A DNA stretch of 64,000 bases from Candidatus Falkowbacteria bacterium RIFOXYA2_FULL_47_19 (lineage in GTDB: Bacteria; Patescibacteriota; Patescibacteriia; Patescibacteriales; UBA12075), in assembly GCA_001780275.1 (NCBI GenBank), contig MFGB01000017.1:59841-123840 (forward strand), read 5' to 3'. Positions 50,808 to 60,814 of this stretch are shown here, piece after piece. The notes beneath the pieces are model-generated. The model was not told the origin of the DNA and did not search any database. It worked only from the letters and a program-made list of their open reading frames with translations. The translations under genes and the position numbers were made by a program. Numbering within the stretch: the first letter of the stretch is position 1; the number at the start of each line of letters is the position of its first letter.

Positions 50808-51824
50808 ATGAAATACGATTTCGTGACAGTCGGCGGGGCGACCGAAGACATCACGTTTTATACCAAGGAAGGGGAGATAATCTATAACAAAGAGGACATT
50901 TTAAGACAAAAAATGATCGCTTTTGAATATGGCGCGAAATTGCGCATTGACCGGGCTTATTCTACTTTCGGCGGCGGCGCGGCCAACGCGGCCGTTTGCC
51001 TGGCGAAATTGGGCCTAAAAACCGCGGCTATGGTCGCGGTAGGGGGAGATATCAGGGGAGAGAGCATAAGCCGGAATTTTCAGGTCCATGGCGTCAGCGC
51101 CGGCCTGATCCAGAAAAAAAAGAATATAGAATCCGGTTTTTCCCTGCTTTTAGTCGGCCAATCCAATGAGCACGTGGTTTTTTCCAACCGGGCGGCCAAC
51201 AAACAGTTGTCGGTCGGAACGAGGGAGATAGGCCAGCTTAACGGCGTTAAGTGGGTTTATATGACCTCGCTTTCCGGAAAATGGCGCGATATTCTTAAGA
51301 ATGTTTTTAAAACCAAGGCGAAGATCGCCTGGAATCCGGGCCATATCCAATTGCACGCCGGTTTTAAGGCGATCGGCCCTTATTTAAAGAAAACCAGCAT
51401 GCTTTCCGTAAATAAAGACGAGGCCATAGAATTAGTGGTTACCAATCCCAAGTACCGCAATAAGGACAAAAACTTTTTGAATAACATTAAAAATCTGCTG
51501 GCCGTACTGCAAAGTTATGGAACTGGGATCGTGGTAATCACCAACGGCCGTTTCGGAGCAGACGCTTATGACGGTAAAAAATTCTACCACCAGGACATTA
51601 TTAAAGAGCGGAAGCGGGTGGATACGACCGGCGTCGGCGATGCTTTTGGTTCGACTTTTACGGCCGGCTTGGAAATGTTTTCCGGCGATATCTCCAAGGC
51701 CCTCCTGATCAGCGCGAAAAACACGGCTTCGGTTATCAGCATGCAAGGCGCCCAGAACGGACTTTTGACCAAACGGGGAGTGATGCAGGTATTCCACGCA
51801 ACACGTGGAACGCGTAACGCGTAA
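50808..51824 (+). CDS. PfkB-family carbohydrate kinase
   Basis: GGGAANAA; DTTGVGDAF. Confidence 0.92.
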   Translation: MKYDFVTVGGATEDITFYTKEGEIIYNKEDILRQKMIAFEYGAKLRIDRAYSTFGGGAANAAVCLAKLGLKTAAMVAVGGDIRGESISRNFQVHGVSAGLIQKKKNIESGFSLLLVGQSNEHVVFSNRAANKQLSVGTREIGQLNGVKWVYMTSLSGKWRDILKNVFKTKAKIAWNPGHIQLHAGFKAIGPYLKKTSMLSVNKDEAIELVVTNPKYRNKDKNFLNNIKNLLAVLQSYGTGIVVITNGRFGADAYDGKKFYHQDIIKERKRVDTTGVGDAFGSTFTAGLEMFSGDISKALLISAKNTASVISMQGAQNGLLTKRGVMQVFHATRGTRNA

Positions 51825-51980
51825 CGTTTGTTTGGTTGATGGTCCAAGTAAAGTTACAAAAATGTTTGGTTAAAATTGTAAATTTTAATTTTATTAACGA
51901 ATAGAGAATTATAAAATTACGACAAATCGTTATGCGTTACGGGTTATGCGTTATGCGTTTCACGTTATGCGTTACGCGAT
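51794..51980. repeat. Heptamer-repeat inverted element, family E (GTAACGC/GTTATGC)
   Basis: CACGCAACACGTGGAACGCGTAACGCGTAACG ... CGTTATGCGTTACGGGTTATGCGTTATGCGTTTCACGTTATGCGTTACGCG. Confidence 0.8.
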
Positions 51981-51987
51981 AAAATTT

Positions 51988-53898
51988 ATGCCAAAAAAAC
52001 AAACCCGCGAACTGACCGATGTTTTGACCACGTCAGCGCGAATTTATCAGCCGTCAAAAGAGGTCTTAGACCGAGCGACGGTTAAAGACGTTGAAAAGGT
52101 CCGCAAGGCCGCGGAAAAAGATCCGCTGAAATTCTGGGAGGAAGCGGCCAATGATCTAAGCTGGTTCACGAAATGGAAAAAAGTTTTCGGCGGCCGCAAG
52201 CCTTTTTACCAATGGTTTATCGGCGCGAAAACGAATTTGGCCTATAACGCCCTGGACCGCCACGCCGAAGGCGAAAATCGCGATAAAACGGCGATAATCT
52301 CTGAGGACGAGACCGGACGCACCAGGCGGTATACTTATTTTGAGCTTTATAAAGAAGTCAATAAATTAGTCAACGCTCTTAAGGCTGCTAAAGTAAAAAA
52401 AGGCGACCGGGTGGCTATCTACATGCCGAACATTCCGGAGATCGCTATGGCGATGCTGGCTTGCGCGAAGATCGGGGCGATGCACTCGGTGGTTTACGCC
52501 GGTTATTCCGCGGCCGCCTTGGCTGACCGCATCAATGACGCTAAAGCCAAAGTTCTTTTTACCGCCGACGGCAGCTGGCGCCGCGGAAAAGCGGTAGACC
52601 TTAAAACCATTGCGGACGAGGCGCTTAAACTTACGAAAACGGTAAAAAAAGTAATTGTTACCAAAAATAACAATCAAAACGTCAGCCTGACCGCCGGCCG
52701 CGACGTCTGGTTCCATGATTTTATCAAAGGTCAGAGCGAAAAAGCGAAATGCGCGCAGATGGACGCGGAAGATCCGGCCTTCGTGCTTTATACTTCCGGC
52801 ACTACCTCTAAACCGAAAGGCGTGATCCATGTCCACGGCGGCTATCAGGTCGGAGTCTTAAGAACTATTAAGTGGGTATTTGATCTTAAGGGCGATGAAA
52901 TTTTCTGGTGTACGGCCGATCCGGGCTGGATCACTGGCCACTCTTATATTATCTACGGCCCGCTTTTGGCCGGCATTACCACCCTGCAATATGAAGGCGT
53001 GCCGGATATGCCGGAACCGGACCGGATCTGGCAAATTGTCGAAAAATATAATGTTAACGTGCTTTATACCGCGCCGACCCTTATTCGCGCGATGGCCAAA
53101 TACGGCGACGAGTGGCCGGACAAGCACGCGATGCCGTCGCTCCGGCTTTTAGGTTCGGTCGGCGAACCGATCAATCCCGAGGCCTGGCTTTGGTACCACA
53201 AGCATATCGGCAAAGGACGCTTGCCGATCATGGATACCTGGTGGCAGACGGAAACCGGCATGCACATGATCACGCCCCTGCCCGCCACGCCGTTAAAACC
53301 GGGCAGCGCCACTAAGCCGTTCCCGGGGATTATCGCCGACGTGGTGGATAAGAACGGAAAAAGGGTTCCGACCGGCAAAGGCGGTTTTCTCGTGATCAGG
53401 AACCAGTGGCCGTCCATGATCCGGACGATCTTCAATAATCCCGACCGTTATGTCAAAACCTATTGGAAAGAGATCAAGGGCGTGTATTTTACCGGCGATG
53501 TCGCCTTTAAAGATAAGGACGGTTACTTCTGGATCCAGGGCCGGACCGACGACGTTTTAAAGATCGCCGGACACAGGATCGGCACCGCGGAAGTAGAATC
53601 CGGTTTTGTGGCGCACAAAGCCGTGGCGGAATGCGGCGTTATCGGCGTGCCGGACCCGGTCAAAGGCGAAGTGATAAAAGCTTTCGTGATATTGAAGCAG
53701 GGTTTTGAGGGAAGTGACGTTTTAAAGCAGGAGTTGGTGGCCTGCGTCCGGAAGAGCATCGGCCCGGTCGCGGTCATCAAGGACGTCGCTTTTACGGACA
53801 AGCTGCCGAAAACCAGGTCAGGTAAGATAATGCGGCGGGTATTAAAAGCGCAGGAATTGGGATTGGATGTTGGAGATACGAGCGCGTTGGTGAGTTAA
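51988..53898 (+). CDS. acs: Acetate--CoA ligase (AMP-forming)
   Basis: YTSGTTSKPKG, WCTADPGWITGH, DTWWQTETG, PKTRSGKIMRR; start corrected to 51988. Confidence 0.96.
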   Translation: MPKKQTRELTDVLTTSARIYQPSKEVLDRATVKDVEKVRKAAEKDPLKFWEEAANDLSWFTKWKKVFGGRKPFYQWFIGAKTNLAYNALDRHAEGENRDKTAIISEDETGRTRRYTYFELYKEVNKLVNALKAAKVKKGDRVAIYMPNIPEIAMAMLACAKIGAMHSVVYAGYSAAALADRINDAKAKVLFTADGSWRRGKAVDLKTIADEALKLTKTVKKVIVTKNNNQNVSLTAGRDVWFHDFIKGQSEKAKCAQMDAEDPAFVLYTSGTTSKPKGVIHVHGGYQVGVLRTIKWVFDLKGDEIFWCTADPGWITGHSYIIYGPLLAGITTLQYEGVPDMPEPDRIWQIVEKYNVNVLYTAPTLIRAMAKYGDEWPDKHAMPSLRLLGSVGEPINPEAWLWYHKHIGKGRLPIMDTWWQTETGMHMITPLPATPLKPGSATKPFPGIIADVVDKNGKRVPTGKGGFLVIRNQWPSMIRTIFNNPDRYVKTYWKEIKGVYFTGDVAFKDKDGYFWIQGRTDDVLKIAGHRIGTAEVESGFVAHKAVAECGVIGVPDPVKGEVIKAFVILKQGFEGSDVLKQELVACVRKSIGPVAVIKDVAFTDKLPKTRSGKIMRRVLKAQELGLDVGDTSALVS

Positions 53899-53922
53899 AA
53901 TTTATCAGCAGTACGATTTTTC

Positions 53923-54000
53923 ATTACAAATGCACAAATAACGCACAAATTCACAAATAGCACACTTGTGAATTTGTGTTATAATTCGTGAATTCGTAAT
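53923..54000. repeat. 8-mer repeat inverted element, family D (CACAAAT/ATTTGTG)
   Basis: ATTACAAATGCACAAATAACGCACAAATTCACAA / TTGTGAATTTGTGTTATAATTCGTGAATTCGTAAT. Confidence 0.8.
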
Positions 54001-54017
54001 ATGATTTTATTTTTACT

Positions 54018-55718
54018 ATGATAAAACGTTTGTTTAGCGGACAAATTAACAGCATAACCGGAGCGGCGCTACTTGTAGCGCTGTCTTCGCTTATAAGCCG
54101 TTTTTTGGGAGTATTCCGGGACAGGATCCTGGCCGGAGAATTCGGCGCGGGCGATACGCTCGATATTTATTACGCGGCCTTCCGCGTACCGGATCTTATT
54201 TTTAATTTACTGGTTTTAGGGGCGATATCGGCCGGGTTCATACCGATCATCACTTGTCTGATCAGGGACCCCTTGTGCAGGATCAGGACCATGTTCTCCG
54301 AGTCTCCCAACCGTGAAGCCTGGGAATTGGTCAGTAATATCTTAAACGTTCTTGGGTTGGTTTTGTTGGTTTTGTCGGGCCTTGGAATACTCTTCGCGCC
54401 CGGACTTACGAAATTGATCGCGCCGGGTTTTTCTCCGGAAAAACAGGCGCTGACGGTCGCGCTTACCCGCATTATGTTCCTGTCCCCCGTATTCCTGGGC
54501 ATATCGAGCGTTTTGGGCGGGGTTCTCCAGTCCTATAAGCGTTTTTTTGTTTATTCCCTGGCTCCCATCATGTATAACATCGGAATTATCGTCGGAGCGC
54601 TTTATTTTACCCCTAGGTGGGGGATTTACGGCTTGGCGTGGGGCGTCGTGTTCGGCGCGGCCCTCCACATGCTCATACAGTTACCGGCCGTAATTTCCCT
54701 TGGTTTTCGATACCAACCGATCATCGATCTAAAAAACAGCAACTTCCGGAGGATCGCCGTCATGATGCTGCCGCGAACCATGAGCCTCGGTATTTCCCAG
54801 ATTAATCTGGTGGTAATTACGATAATCGCTTCGACCCTGGCAAGCGGATCATTGACCGTTTTTAACTTTGCCAATAACCTGCAGTTTTTTCCGGTAAGTA
54901 TATTCGGCATCTCCTTCGCCGTGGCCGCCTTTCCGGCATTGGCCGCGTCCGCTTTCGATAAGAAAAAACTAATAAGCGATTTTTCCAATATTTTTCGGCA
55001 AATCCTCTTTTTTATAATGCCGGCAGCCGTTCTTTTATTGACCTTGCGCGCCCAGATAATCAGGGTGATCCTGGGCACAGGCCGGTTTAACTGGGAAGAC
55101 ACGATCAGAACGATAGATACGCTGGGATTTTTTATTATTTCCCTTTTCGCCCAGGCTGCCCTGCCTCTTTTAGTAAGAGTGTTTTACGCGCGCCATAATT
55201 CCAAGACACCTTTTTATGTCGGTTTGATCGCGGCCGGAGTCAACGTTATTTTAAGCCTTTGGCTGCCCAAACTGACATTTTGCCGGGAAATTTTAGGAAG
55301 CGGCGGAGAGGTCATAAACGAGTGTATGCCCTTGGGGGTAGCTGGTTTAGGGCTGGCTTTTTCGATAGCGAGTATCCTGAATTTCATAATGTTGTGGCTG
55401 GTTTTACGCTCCGAGATCGGCAATCTCGACGAAGCCAGGATACTCATTTCGACCGTTAAATTTTCCGCCGCCGCTATAGCCGCCGGACTGGCGGTGCAGG
55501 GCATGAAATTAGTGGTTTGGCCGTATATCGACATGACCAGGGTGTGGGGGGTATTCACTCAAGGTTTTATAGCCGGAATGTCAGGAATTCTCGTTTATCT
55601 CGCTTTTTGCTCGCTTCTTAAAAGCGAGGAACTGTTCGCTTTTTGGCAATCGTTCAGGAAGAGGATACCTTGGAAAAAAATCGATACCGGCGATCATACC
55701 GAGGCGAGAGGGGTGTAG
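54018..55718 (+). CDS. murJ: Lipid II flippase MurJ
   Basis: SRFLGVFRDRILA..FG..D.YYAAFRVPD. Confidence 0.93.
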   Translation: MIKRLFSGQINSITGAALLVALSSLISRFLGVFRDRILAGEFGAGDTLDIYYAAFRVPDLIFNLLVLGAISAGFIPIITCLIRDPLCRIRTMFSESPNREAWELVSNILNVLGLVLLVLSGLGILFAPGLTKLIAPGFSPEKQALTVALTRIMFLSPVFLGISSVLGGVLQSYKRFFVYSLAPIMYNIGIIVGALYFTPRWGIYGLAWGVVFGAALHMLIQLPAVISLGFRYQPIIDLKNSNFRRIAVMMLPRTMSLGISQINLVVITIIASTLASGSLTVFNFANNLQFFPVSIFGISFAVAAFPALAASAFDKKKLISDFSNIFRQILFFIMPAAVLLLTLRAQIIRVILGTGRFNWEDTIRTIDTLGFFIISLFAQAALPLLVRVFYARHNSKTPFYVGLIAAGVNVILSLWLPKLTFCREILGSGGEVINECMPLGVAGLGLAFSIASILNFIMLWLVLRSEIGNLDEARILISTVKFSAAAIAAGLAVQGMKLVVWPYIDMTRVWGVFTQGFIAGMSGILVYLAFCSLLKSEELFAFWQSFRKRIPWKKIDTGDHTEARGV

Positions 55719-55719
55719 G

Positions 55720-55754
55720 GATTTACGATTGCCGATTTACGATTTGCGAATTAC
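55720..55754. repeat. Family B heptamer arm (solo)
   Basis: GATTTAC GATTGCC GATTTAC GATTTGC GAATTAC directly after the murJ stop. Confidence 0.7.
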
Positions 55755-55848
55755 GCTTTAGATTGGAGGCTTGACGGGTTATGGCGCGCGATCCATGATA
55801 AAGACAGGTTATTTTTTTTTATAGCAGGATTTTACCCAGGAGGAAGAA

Positions 55849-55989
55849 ATGGCCAATGATATGCTTAAGCCCAACCCGGGCAAAAGGGGATCTTATACGA
55901 TCATCGTCAAAAAGGGATACGCTATCCCGGACCGCTCTTTTCTGGAAATCATCAAGGATATCATAAAGACAAACGAAACAAAAAATTAA
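55849..55989 (+). CDS. 46-aa hypothetical protein
   Basis: AGGAGG SD; MANDMLKPNPGKRGSYTIIVKKGYAIPDRSFLEIIKDIIKTNETKN; terminator hairpin right after the stop. Confidence 0.5.
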   Translation: MANDMLKPNPGKRGSYTIIVKKGYAIPDRSFLEIIKDIIKTNETKN

Positions 55990-56110
55990 CGCCCCCATTC
56001 ACCCTAGAATGGGCTTTTTATTATTCATTTTTAGTTTACTTTGATACCCTAAATATGTTATAATTAATATAGTTTTTACTTGTGGATATCCCTCTTTGTT
56101 TTTGATTTTT

Positions 56111-57271
56111 ATGAAGATAAATTCTATCAGGAAAGTTAAGCGTTTAACCGGTAAAAAAGTGCTTTTGCGGGTTGATTTTAACGTACCGATCGAAAACGGA
56201 AAAATAAAAGACGAATATAAGATCGTGCAGACCCTGCCGACGATCAGGCTCCTTTTGAGGCACAGATGTAAAATAATTATAATTACCCATCTGGGGCAGC
56301 CGGGAGGCCAAAAAAACGATAAATTAACGGTTAAACCGATCGCCCGTCGTTTGGGCGTGATACTAAACATGAAAATCGAGTTTATCGACGGATGTATCGG
56401 TTTGAGCGCCGGGACCGCGATAGGAAAAATGAAAAAAGGGGAAATTATAATCCTGGAAAATTTGCGCTTTGAGCCTGGTGAAGAAAAAAATACCGGAAAA
56501 TTCGCCAAAGAATTGGCTAAATACGCGGATATTTACGTAAACGACGCTTTTGGCGTCTCCCATCGCGCCCAAGCCTCGCTCTCCGCGATTAAAAATTATC
56601 TGCCGGCATATGCCGGCTTACTCCTCGAAAAAGAAGTGACGCACCTGGAAAAAGCCAAGCGCTCCGCCGATCCGCTAATCTTGATCGTCGGAGGCGCGAA
56701 AATCAAAACCAAGATAAAGTTAATAGAAAAATTCAAGAATAAGGCCCACCGGATCTTATTGGGAGGGGCGCTTGCCAATAATTTTTTTAAAGCTCACGGA
56801 CTGGAAACGGGCAGGTCGCTCGTTGATGAAGAGAGTATTGCCTATGCCAGTAAGCGCGGATGCGAAAACCTGGTATTGCCGATAGACGTCATAACGGAGA
56901 ATGGACGCGCCGAAACGCGGGTCAAAAGCGTCAATAAAATAGAAAAAGACGAGGCTATTTTCGATATCGGTCCGGAAACGGTAAGGTTGTACGCGGGCTT
57001 CATAAAAAAAGCGGCTACCATCATATGGAACGGTCCGATGGGCAGATTCGAAGATTCACGATACAAGCACGGAACTTTGGCTATCGCCAGACTCGTCGCC
57101 GCCCGATCCACCGGCCGCGCTTTCGGTTTGGTCGGGGGAGGGGAAACGGTTGAAGCTTTAAAAATGACGAAGATGATCGACTACGTTGATTGGGTGTCTA
57201 CCGGCGGCGGCGCGACCTTAACCTATCTTGAGGGCGGAAAGATGCCGGGACTCGAGAAGATCCTGTACTAA
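56111..57271 (+). CDS. pgk: Phosphoglycerate kinase
   Basis: RVDFNVP, LENLRF, NDAFG.SHR, STGGGA. Confidence 0.97.
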   Translation: MKINSIRKVKRLTGKKVLLRVDFNVPIENGKIKDEYKIVQTLPTIRLLLRHRCKIIIITHLGQPGGQKNDKLTVKPIARRLGVILNMKIEFIDGCIGLSAGTAIGKMKKGEIIILENLRFEPGEEKNTGKFAKELAKYADIYVNDAFGVSHRAQASLSAIKNYLPAYAGLLLEKEVTHLEKAKRSADPLILIVGGAKIKTKIKLIEKFKNKAHRILLGGALANNFFKAHGLETGRSLVDEESIAYASKRGCENLVLPIDVITENGRAETRVKSVNKIEKDEAIFDIGPETVRLYAGFIKKAATIIWNGPMGRFEDSRYKHGTLAIARLVAARSTGRAFGLVGGGETVEALKMTKMIDYVDWVSTGGGATLTYLEGGKMPGLEKILY

Positions 57272-57296
57272 AGAGGTCATTAAACTTTAACCGAAA

Positions 57297-57839
57297 ATGG
57301 ATATAAAGTTAAAAAACAGGGGATTTACTTTGATCGAATTACTGACAGTGATCATGATCATCGGTATCCTATCCTCTTTGGCGATGTTCGCGTTTTCGAC
57401 CGCCAGGGAGAAGGCCAAGGAAGCGGCCGTCCTCCATGATCTGGACGTTATCGGAAGCGCCATGAGGACGTTGGTCCACGATACTGCGCTTTGGCCCGGA
57501 GGGCAGCCGGCCGAAACCGTTTGCACGCTGGCTTGCGGATTAAACGAGCTCTGTACCGGTGCGACTTGCGCCATGAGCCTGGCCTCATCCTCGGCGGGAA
57601 TTACGGGGACCGACGGCTCTTATCCGAATTGGGACGGTCCCTACATGAACAGGATTCCCCCGGACCCTTGGGGGCGCGAATATTTTTTCGATACCGATTA
57701 TTCCGTGAATGCCGGCGAAGAACCGTGCGATTGCGGCGGTCCCTGCCATAACGTGGCCGCGATCGGCTCTTTCGGCCCAGAGAGCGCGGGCAACGGCGAC
57801 TATAACTGCGAAGAGATCATACGAATTTTAGCCCGGTAA
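57297..57839 (+). CDS. Type IV pilin / GspG-like pseudopilin
   Basis: GFTLIELL N-methylation motif; WDGPY..P.DPWG..Y; Cys-rich. Confidence 0.9.
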   Translation: MDIKLKNRGFTLIELLTVIMIIGILSSLAMFAFSTAREKAKEAAVLHDLDVIGSAMRTLVHDTALWPGGQPAETVCTLACGLNELCTGATCAMSLASSSAGITGTDGSYPNWDGPYMNRIPPDPWGREYFFDTDYSVNAGEEPCDCGGPCHNVAAIGSFGPESAGNGDYNCEEIIRILAR

Positions 57840-57875
57840 CATTGTTTTTATACAAATAATTTTTAGACACGCAAT

Positions 57876-59132
57876 ATGTCAAAAATAAAATACATCGCGG
57901 CCAGGGAAATACTGGATTCGCGCGGCAATCCCACGATAGAGACAAAAATAACGTTAAATAGCGGCGTAACCGCCAAAGCGAGCGTGCCCTCCGGCGCTTC
58001 CACGGGGATCCACGAAGCCTGGGAGCTTCGGGACGGCGACAAGAAACGGTACGGCGGGTTAGGCGTGCTTCAGGCCGTAAAGAACGTCAACGATAAGATC
58101 TTTTCGGCCCTAAAGGGCGCGGAAGTATCGGATCAGCGGAAGATCGACGAGGCGATGATAAAGCTGGACGGCACGAAGAACAAGAAGAAACTGGGAGCGA
58201 ACGCTATTTTGTCCGTATCTTTGGCGGCGGCGCGAGCGGCGGCTTTCGACAGTAAGCGGGAATTATACGAATATATCGCTTCAGTCTTCGGATTTAGCGG
58301 CAAGTTCAGGCTGCCTGTTCCGGCTTTCAATATTTTTAACGGCGGCAAGCACGCCGACACCAATCTCGATTTTCAGGAATTCATGATCATCCCCATGAAA
58401 AAAACGAGTTTCGCCGAAAAGGTCAGGATGGGGGCGGAGATATTCCATGAACTGGGTCGGGTTTTAAAACAGGCGGGATTCGATACGGACGTAGGCAATG
58501 AGGGGGGGTACGCTCCCGATATCCGGTCGAGTATCCAGGCGGTCGAGCTTATCATGGCGGCGGCGGTCAATGCCGGCTATAAGCCGGGCGTCGATGTCGG
58601 TCTCGGTACGGACGTGGGTTCGTCGGAGCTTTATGATCTTGAGACGAAAAAATATATTTTTAAGCTTGACCAGGCAACTTTTTCCAAGAACACCCTGATC
58701 GGGCTTTATTACGAATGGTTCCGCAAATATCCGATTATATCCATCGAAGACGGCTTGTCGGAAGATGATTGGGAGGGATGGACAGAATTGACCCGCGAAT
58801 TGGGAAATGAAATACTGCTTATCGGCGACGATCTTTTTACTACCAACACCGATCGTCTGCGCCGGGGACTTAAGGAAAGGGCCGCTAACGCCATCCTGAT
58901 CAAGCCGAACCAGGTCGGCACCTTGACCGAAACGGTCGATTGCATCAAGCTTGCCCAGACGCATAATTATAAAACTATGGCCTCCCACCGGAGCGGGGAA
59001 ACGAACGATGATTTCATCGCCGATCTGGCCGTTGCCGCCGGCACGGATTATATTAAATCCGGATCGTTGGCGCGGAGCGAGCGGTTGGCGAAGTATAACC
59101 GGTTAATGGAGATCGAAGCGTTGATTAAATAA
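57876..59132 (+). CDS. eno: Enolase
   Basis: EILDSRGNPT, PSGASTG, SHRSGET, RSERLAKYN. Confidence 0.98.
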   Translation: MSKIKYIAAREILDSRGNPTIETKITLNSGVTAKASVPSGASTGIHEAWELRDGDKKRYGGLGVLQAVKNVNDKIFSALKGAEVSDQRKIDEAMIKLDGTKNKKKLGANAILSVSLAAARAAAFDSKRELYEYIASVFGFSGKFRLPVPAFNIFNGGKHADTNLDFQEFMIIPMKKTSFAEKVRMGAEIFHELGRVLKQAGFDTDVGNEGGYAPDIRSSIQAVELIMAAAVNAGYKPGVDVGLGTDVGSSELYDLETKKYIFKLDQATFSKNTLIGLYYEWFRKYPIISIEDGLSEDDWEGWTELTRELGNEILLIGDDLFTTNTDRLRRGLKERAANAILIKPNQVGTLTETVDCIKLAQTHNYKTMASHRSGETNDDFIADLAVAAGTDYIKSGSLARSERLAKYNRLMEIEALIK

Positions 59133-59152
59133 TTTCGTTTATATTACCGAAA

Positions 59153-60742
59153 ATGAAAAATACAAATGCAAAAAGCCAAAGTTCGAATTTACCCCTAATA
59201 TTGATAATATTGGACGGTTGGGGCTTGGCTAAGCCTAATTTGGGCAATGCCATTACTTTAGCTAAAACCCCTACCATGTCAGGATTGGTCAAAAAATACG
59301 CCAATACGAAATTACATGCCCACGGGAAGTTCGTGGGCCTCCCCTTAAAACAGGTCGGCAACAGCGAAGCCGGCCACATGAATATCGGCGCGGGGCGCCT
59401 GGTTGAGCAGGATGCGGTCCTCATCAGCCGCAGCATCAGCGATGGAACGTTTTTCAAAAATTCGGCTTTTTTGGGGGCTGTGCGACACGTCCATAAAATG
59501 AATTCCAAATTTCATATTATCGGCATGTTGTCCAACGGACAGAGTCCGCATTCTGATCCGGGGCATTTAATAGCGCTTTTGCGCCTGCTTAAGGAAAGGG
59601 GGGTAAAGAATATTTATCTACACTTGATCACTGACGGCCGGGATTCACCTAAATATGTTTCTTTAAGCCTTGTGGATGAATTAGAAAAAAAGCTTGTCAA
59701 TAACGAACGGATAGCGACGATCATGGGCCGGTTTTACGCCATGGACAGGAAAAAGTCATGGGACCGAACCGAAAAGGCCTTCCGCGCGCTCGCGTATGGA
59801 CAGGGCCGCGAGGCCAATACCGCTCAGGAAGCCATTACAGAAGCTTATAACCGGGGCGAAAGCGACGAATACATAGAACCGTACATTGTCGGAAACTCGT
59901 ATGGCGGCAACACAAGAATAGAAGACGGCGACAGCGTGGCCTTTATCAATCTGCGATCCGACAGGAGCCGGCAGTTGACAAAAGCTTTCGTGCAGGACGA
60001 TTTCAATAAAATGAACCCCGGTTCTTTTAAGCGCGGTAAAAAACTTAAGCATTTGTATTTCGTGGCCATGACGGATTTCGGTCCGGACCTGAACGAGATC
60101 CTGACCGCCTACCCTTCGATCGATCTGCACAACACCATACCGATGCAGTTGGCCGACCTAAAACAGCTTTATATAGCCGAAACGGAAAAATACGCCCATA
60201 TCACTTATTTTTTTAACGGGGGTTATGCCGGAACGGTGGCGGGAGAGAAACACATAATGATCCCTTCGCCCGACGTCAGGTCATACGACGAAACTCCGGC
60301 CATGAGCTCGGCGTTGCTGGCCAAGGAGGTTATCAGGCATTTGAAACCGGGATCGGGCAAGAACTGGACGTATGATTTCTGCCTTTTGAATTTTGCCGCT
60401 CCCGACATGATCGGCCATACGGGCAACCTGAAGGCCGGTATCGATTGCTGCGGTGAGGTAGACCGTTTATTGGCCAAGATAGTTAAAGCTTATCTGTCGG
60501 TAAATGGAACGGTTATCATCACGGCCGATCACGGCAATATAGAAAATATGGTCAACCTGAAAACGGGCGAGATCCACACGGAACATACGACCAACCAGGT
60601 GCCTTTTGTTTTGGTCAATAAAAAAATCGGTAATAAAATAAAATTAAGGCAAAACGGCACATTGGGCGATATCGGACCGACCATATTGGAGTTGTTGGGC
60701 AGGAAGAAGCCGAGCGAGATGAGCGGCAAGAGTCTTATTTAG
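59153..60742 (+). CDS. gpmI: 2,3-BPG-independent phosphoglycerate mutase, copy 1
   Basis: ILDGWG, GNSEAGH, ETEKYAH, DMIGHTG, TADHGN. Confidence 0.95.
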   Translation: MKNTNAKSQSSNLPLILIILDGWGLAKPNLGNAITLAKTPTMSGLVKKYANTKLHAHGKFVGLPLKQVGNSEAGHMNIGAGRLVEQDAVLISRSISDGTFFKNSAFLGAVRHVHKMNSKFHIIGMLSNGQSPHSDPGHLIALLRLLKERGVKNIYLHLITDGRDSPKYVSLSLVDELEKKLVNNERIATIMGRFYAMDRKKSWDRTEKAFRALAYGQGREANTAQEAITEAYNRGESDEYIEPYIVGNSYGGNTRIEDGDSVAFINLRSDRSRQLTKAFVQDDFNKMNPGSFKRGKKLKHLYFVAMTDFGPDLNEILTAYPSIDLHNTIPMQLADLKQLYIAETEKYAHITYFFNGGYAGTVAGEKHIMIPSPDVRSYDETPAMSSALLAKEVIRHLKPGSGKNWTYDFCLLNFAAPDMIGHTGNLKAGIDCCGEVDRLLAKIVKAYLSVNGTVIITADHGNIENMVNLKTGEIHTEHTTNQVPFVLVNKKIGNKIKLRQNGTLGDIGPTILELLGRKKPSEMSGKSLI

Positions 60743-60813
60743 GCATTAAGGTGTTGGGGCGTTAGGCGTTAGGCGGCCTAAAGCCTAAAACCCTAAAGCC
60801 TAAAACCCTAAAC
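60739..60813. repeat. Heptamer-repeat inverted element, family F (TTAGGCG/CCTAAAG)
   Basis: Fills the whole gap between the two gpmI genes. Confidence 0.8.
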
Positions 60814-60814
60814 T

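Noticed and set aside
51946..51987. N-terminal extension of Acs
   Set aside because: Derived from GTTATGC repeats; the likely start is 51988.
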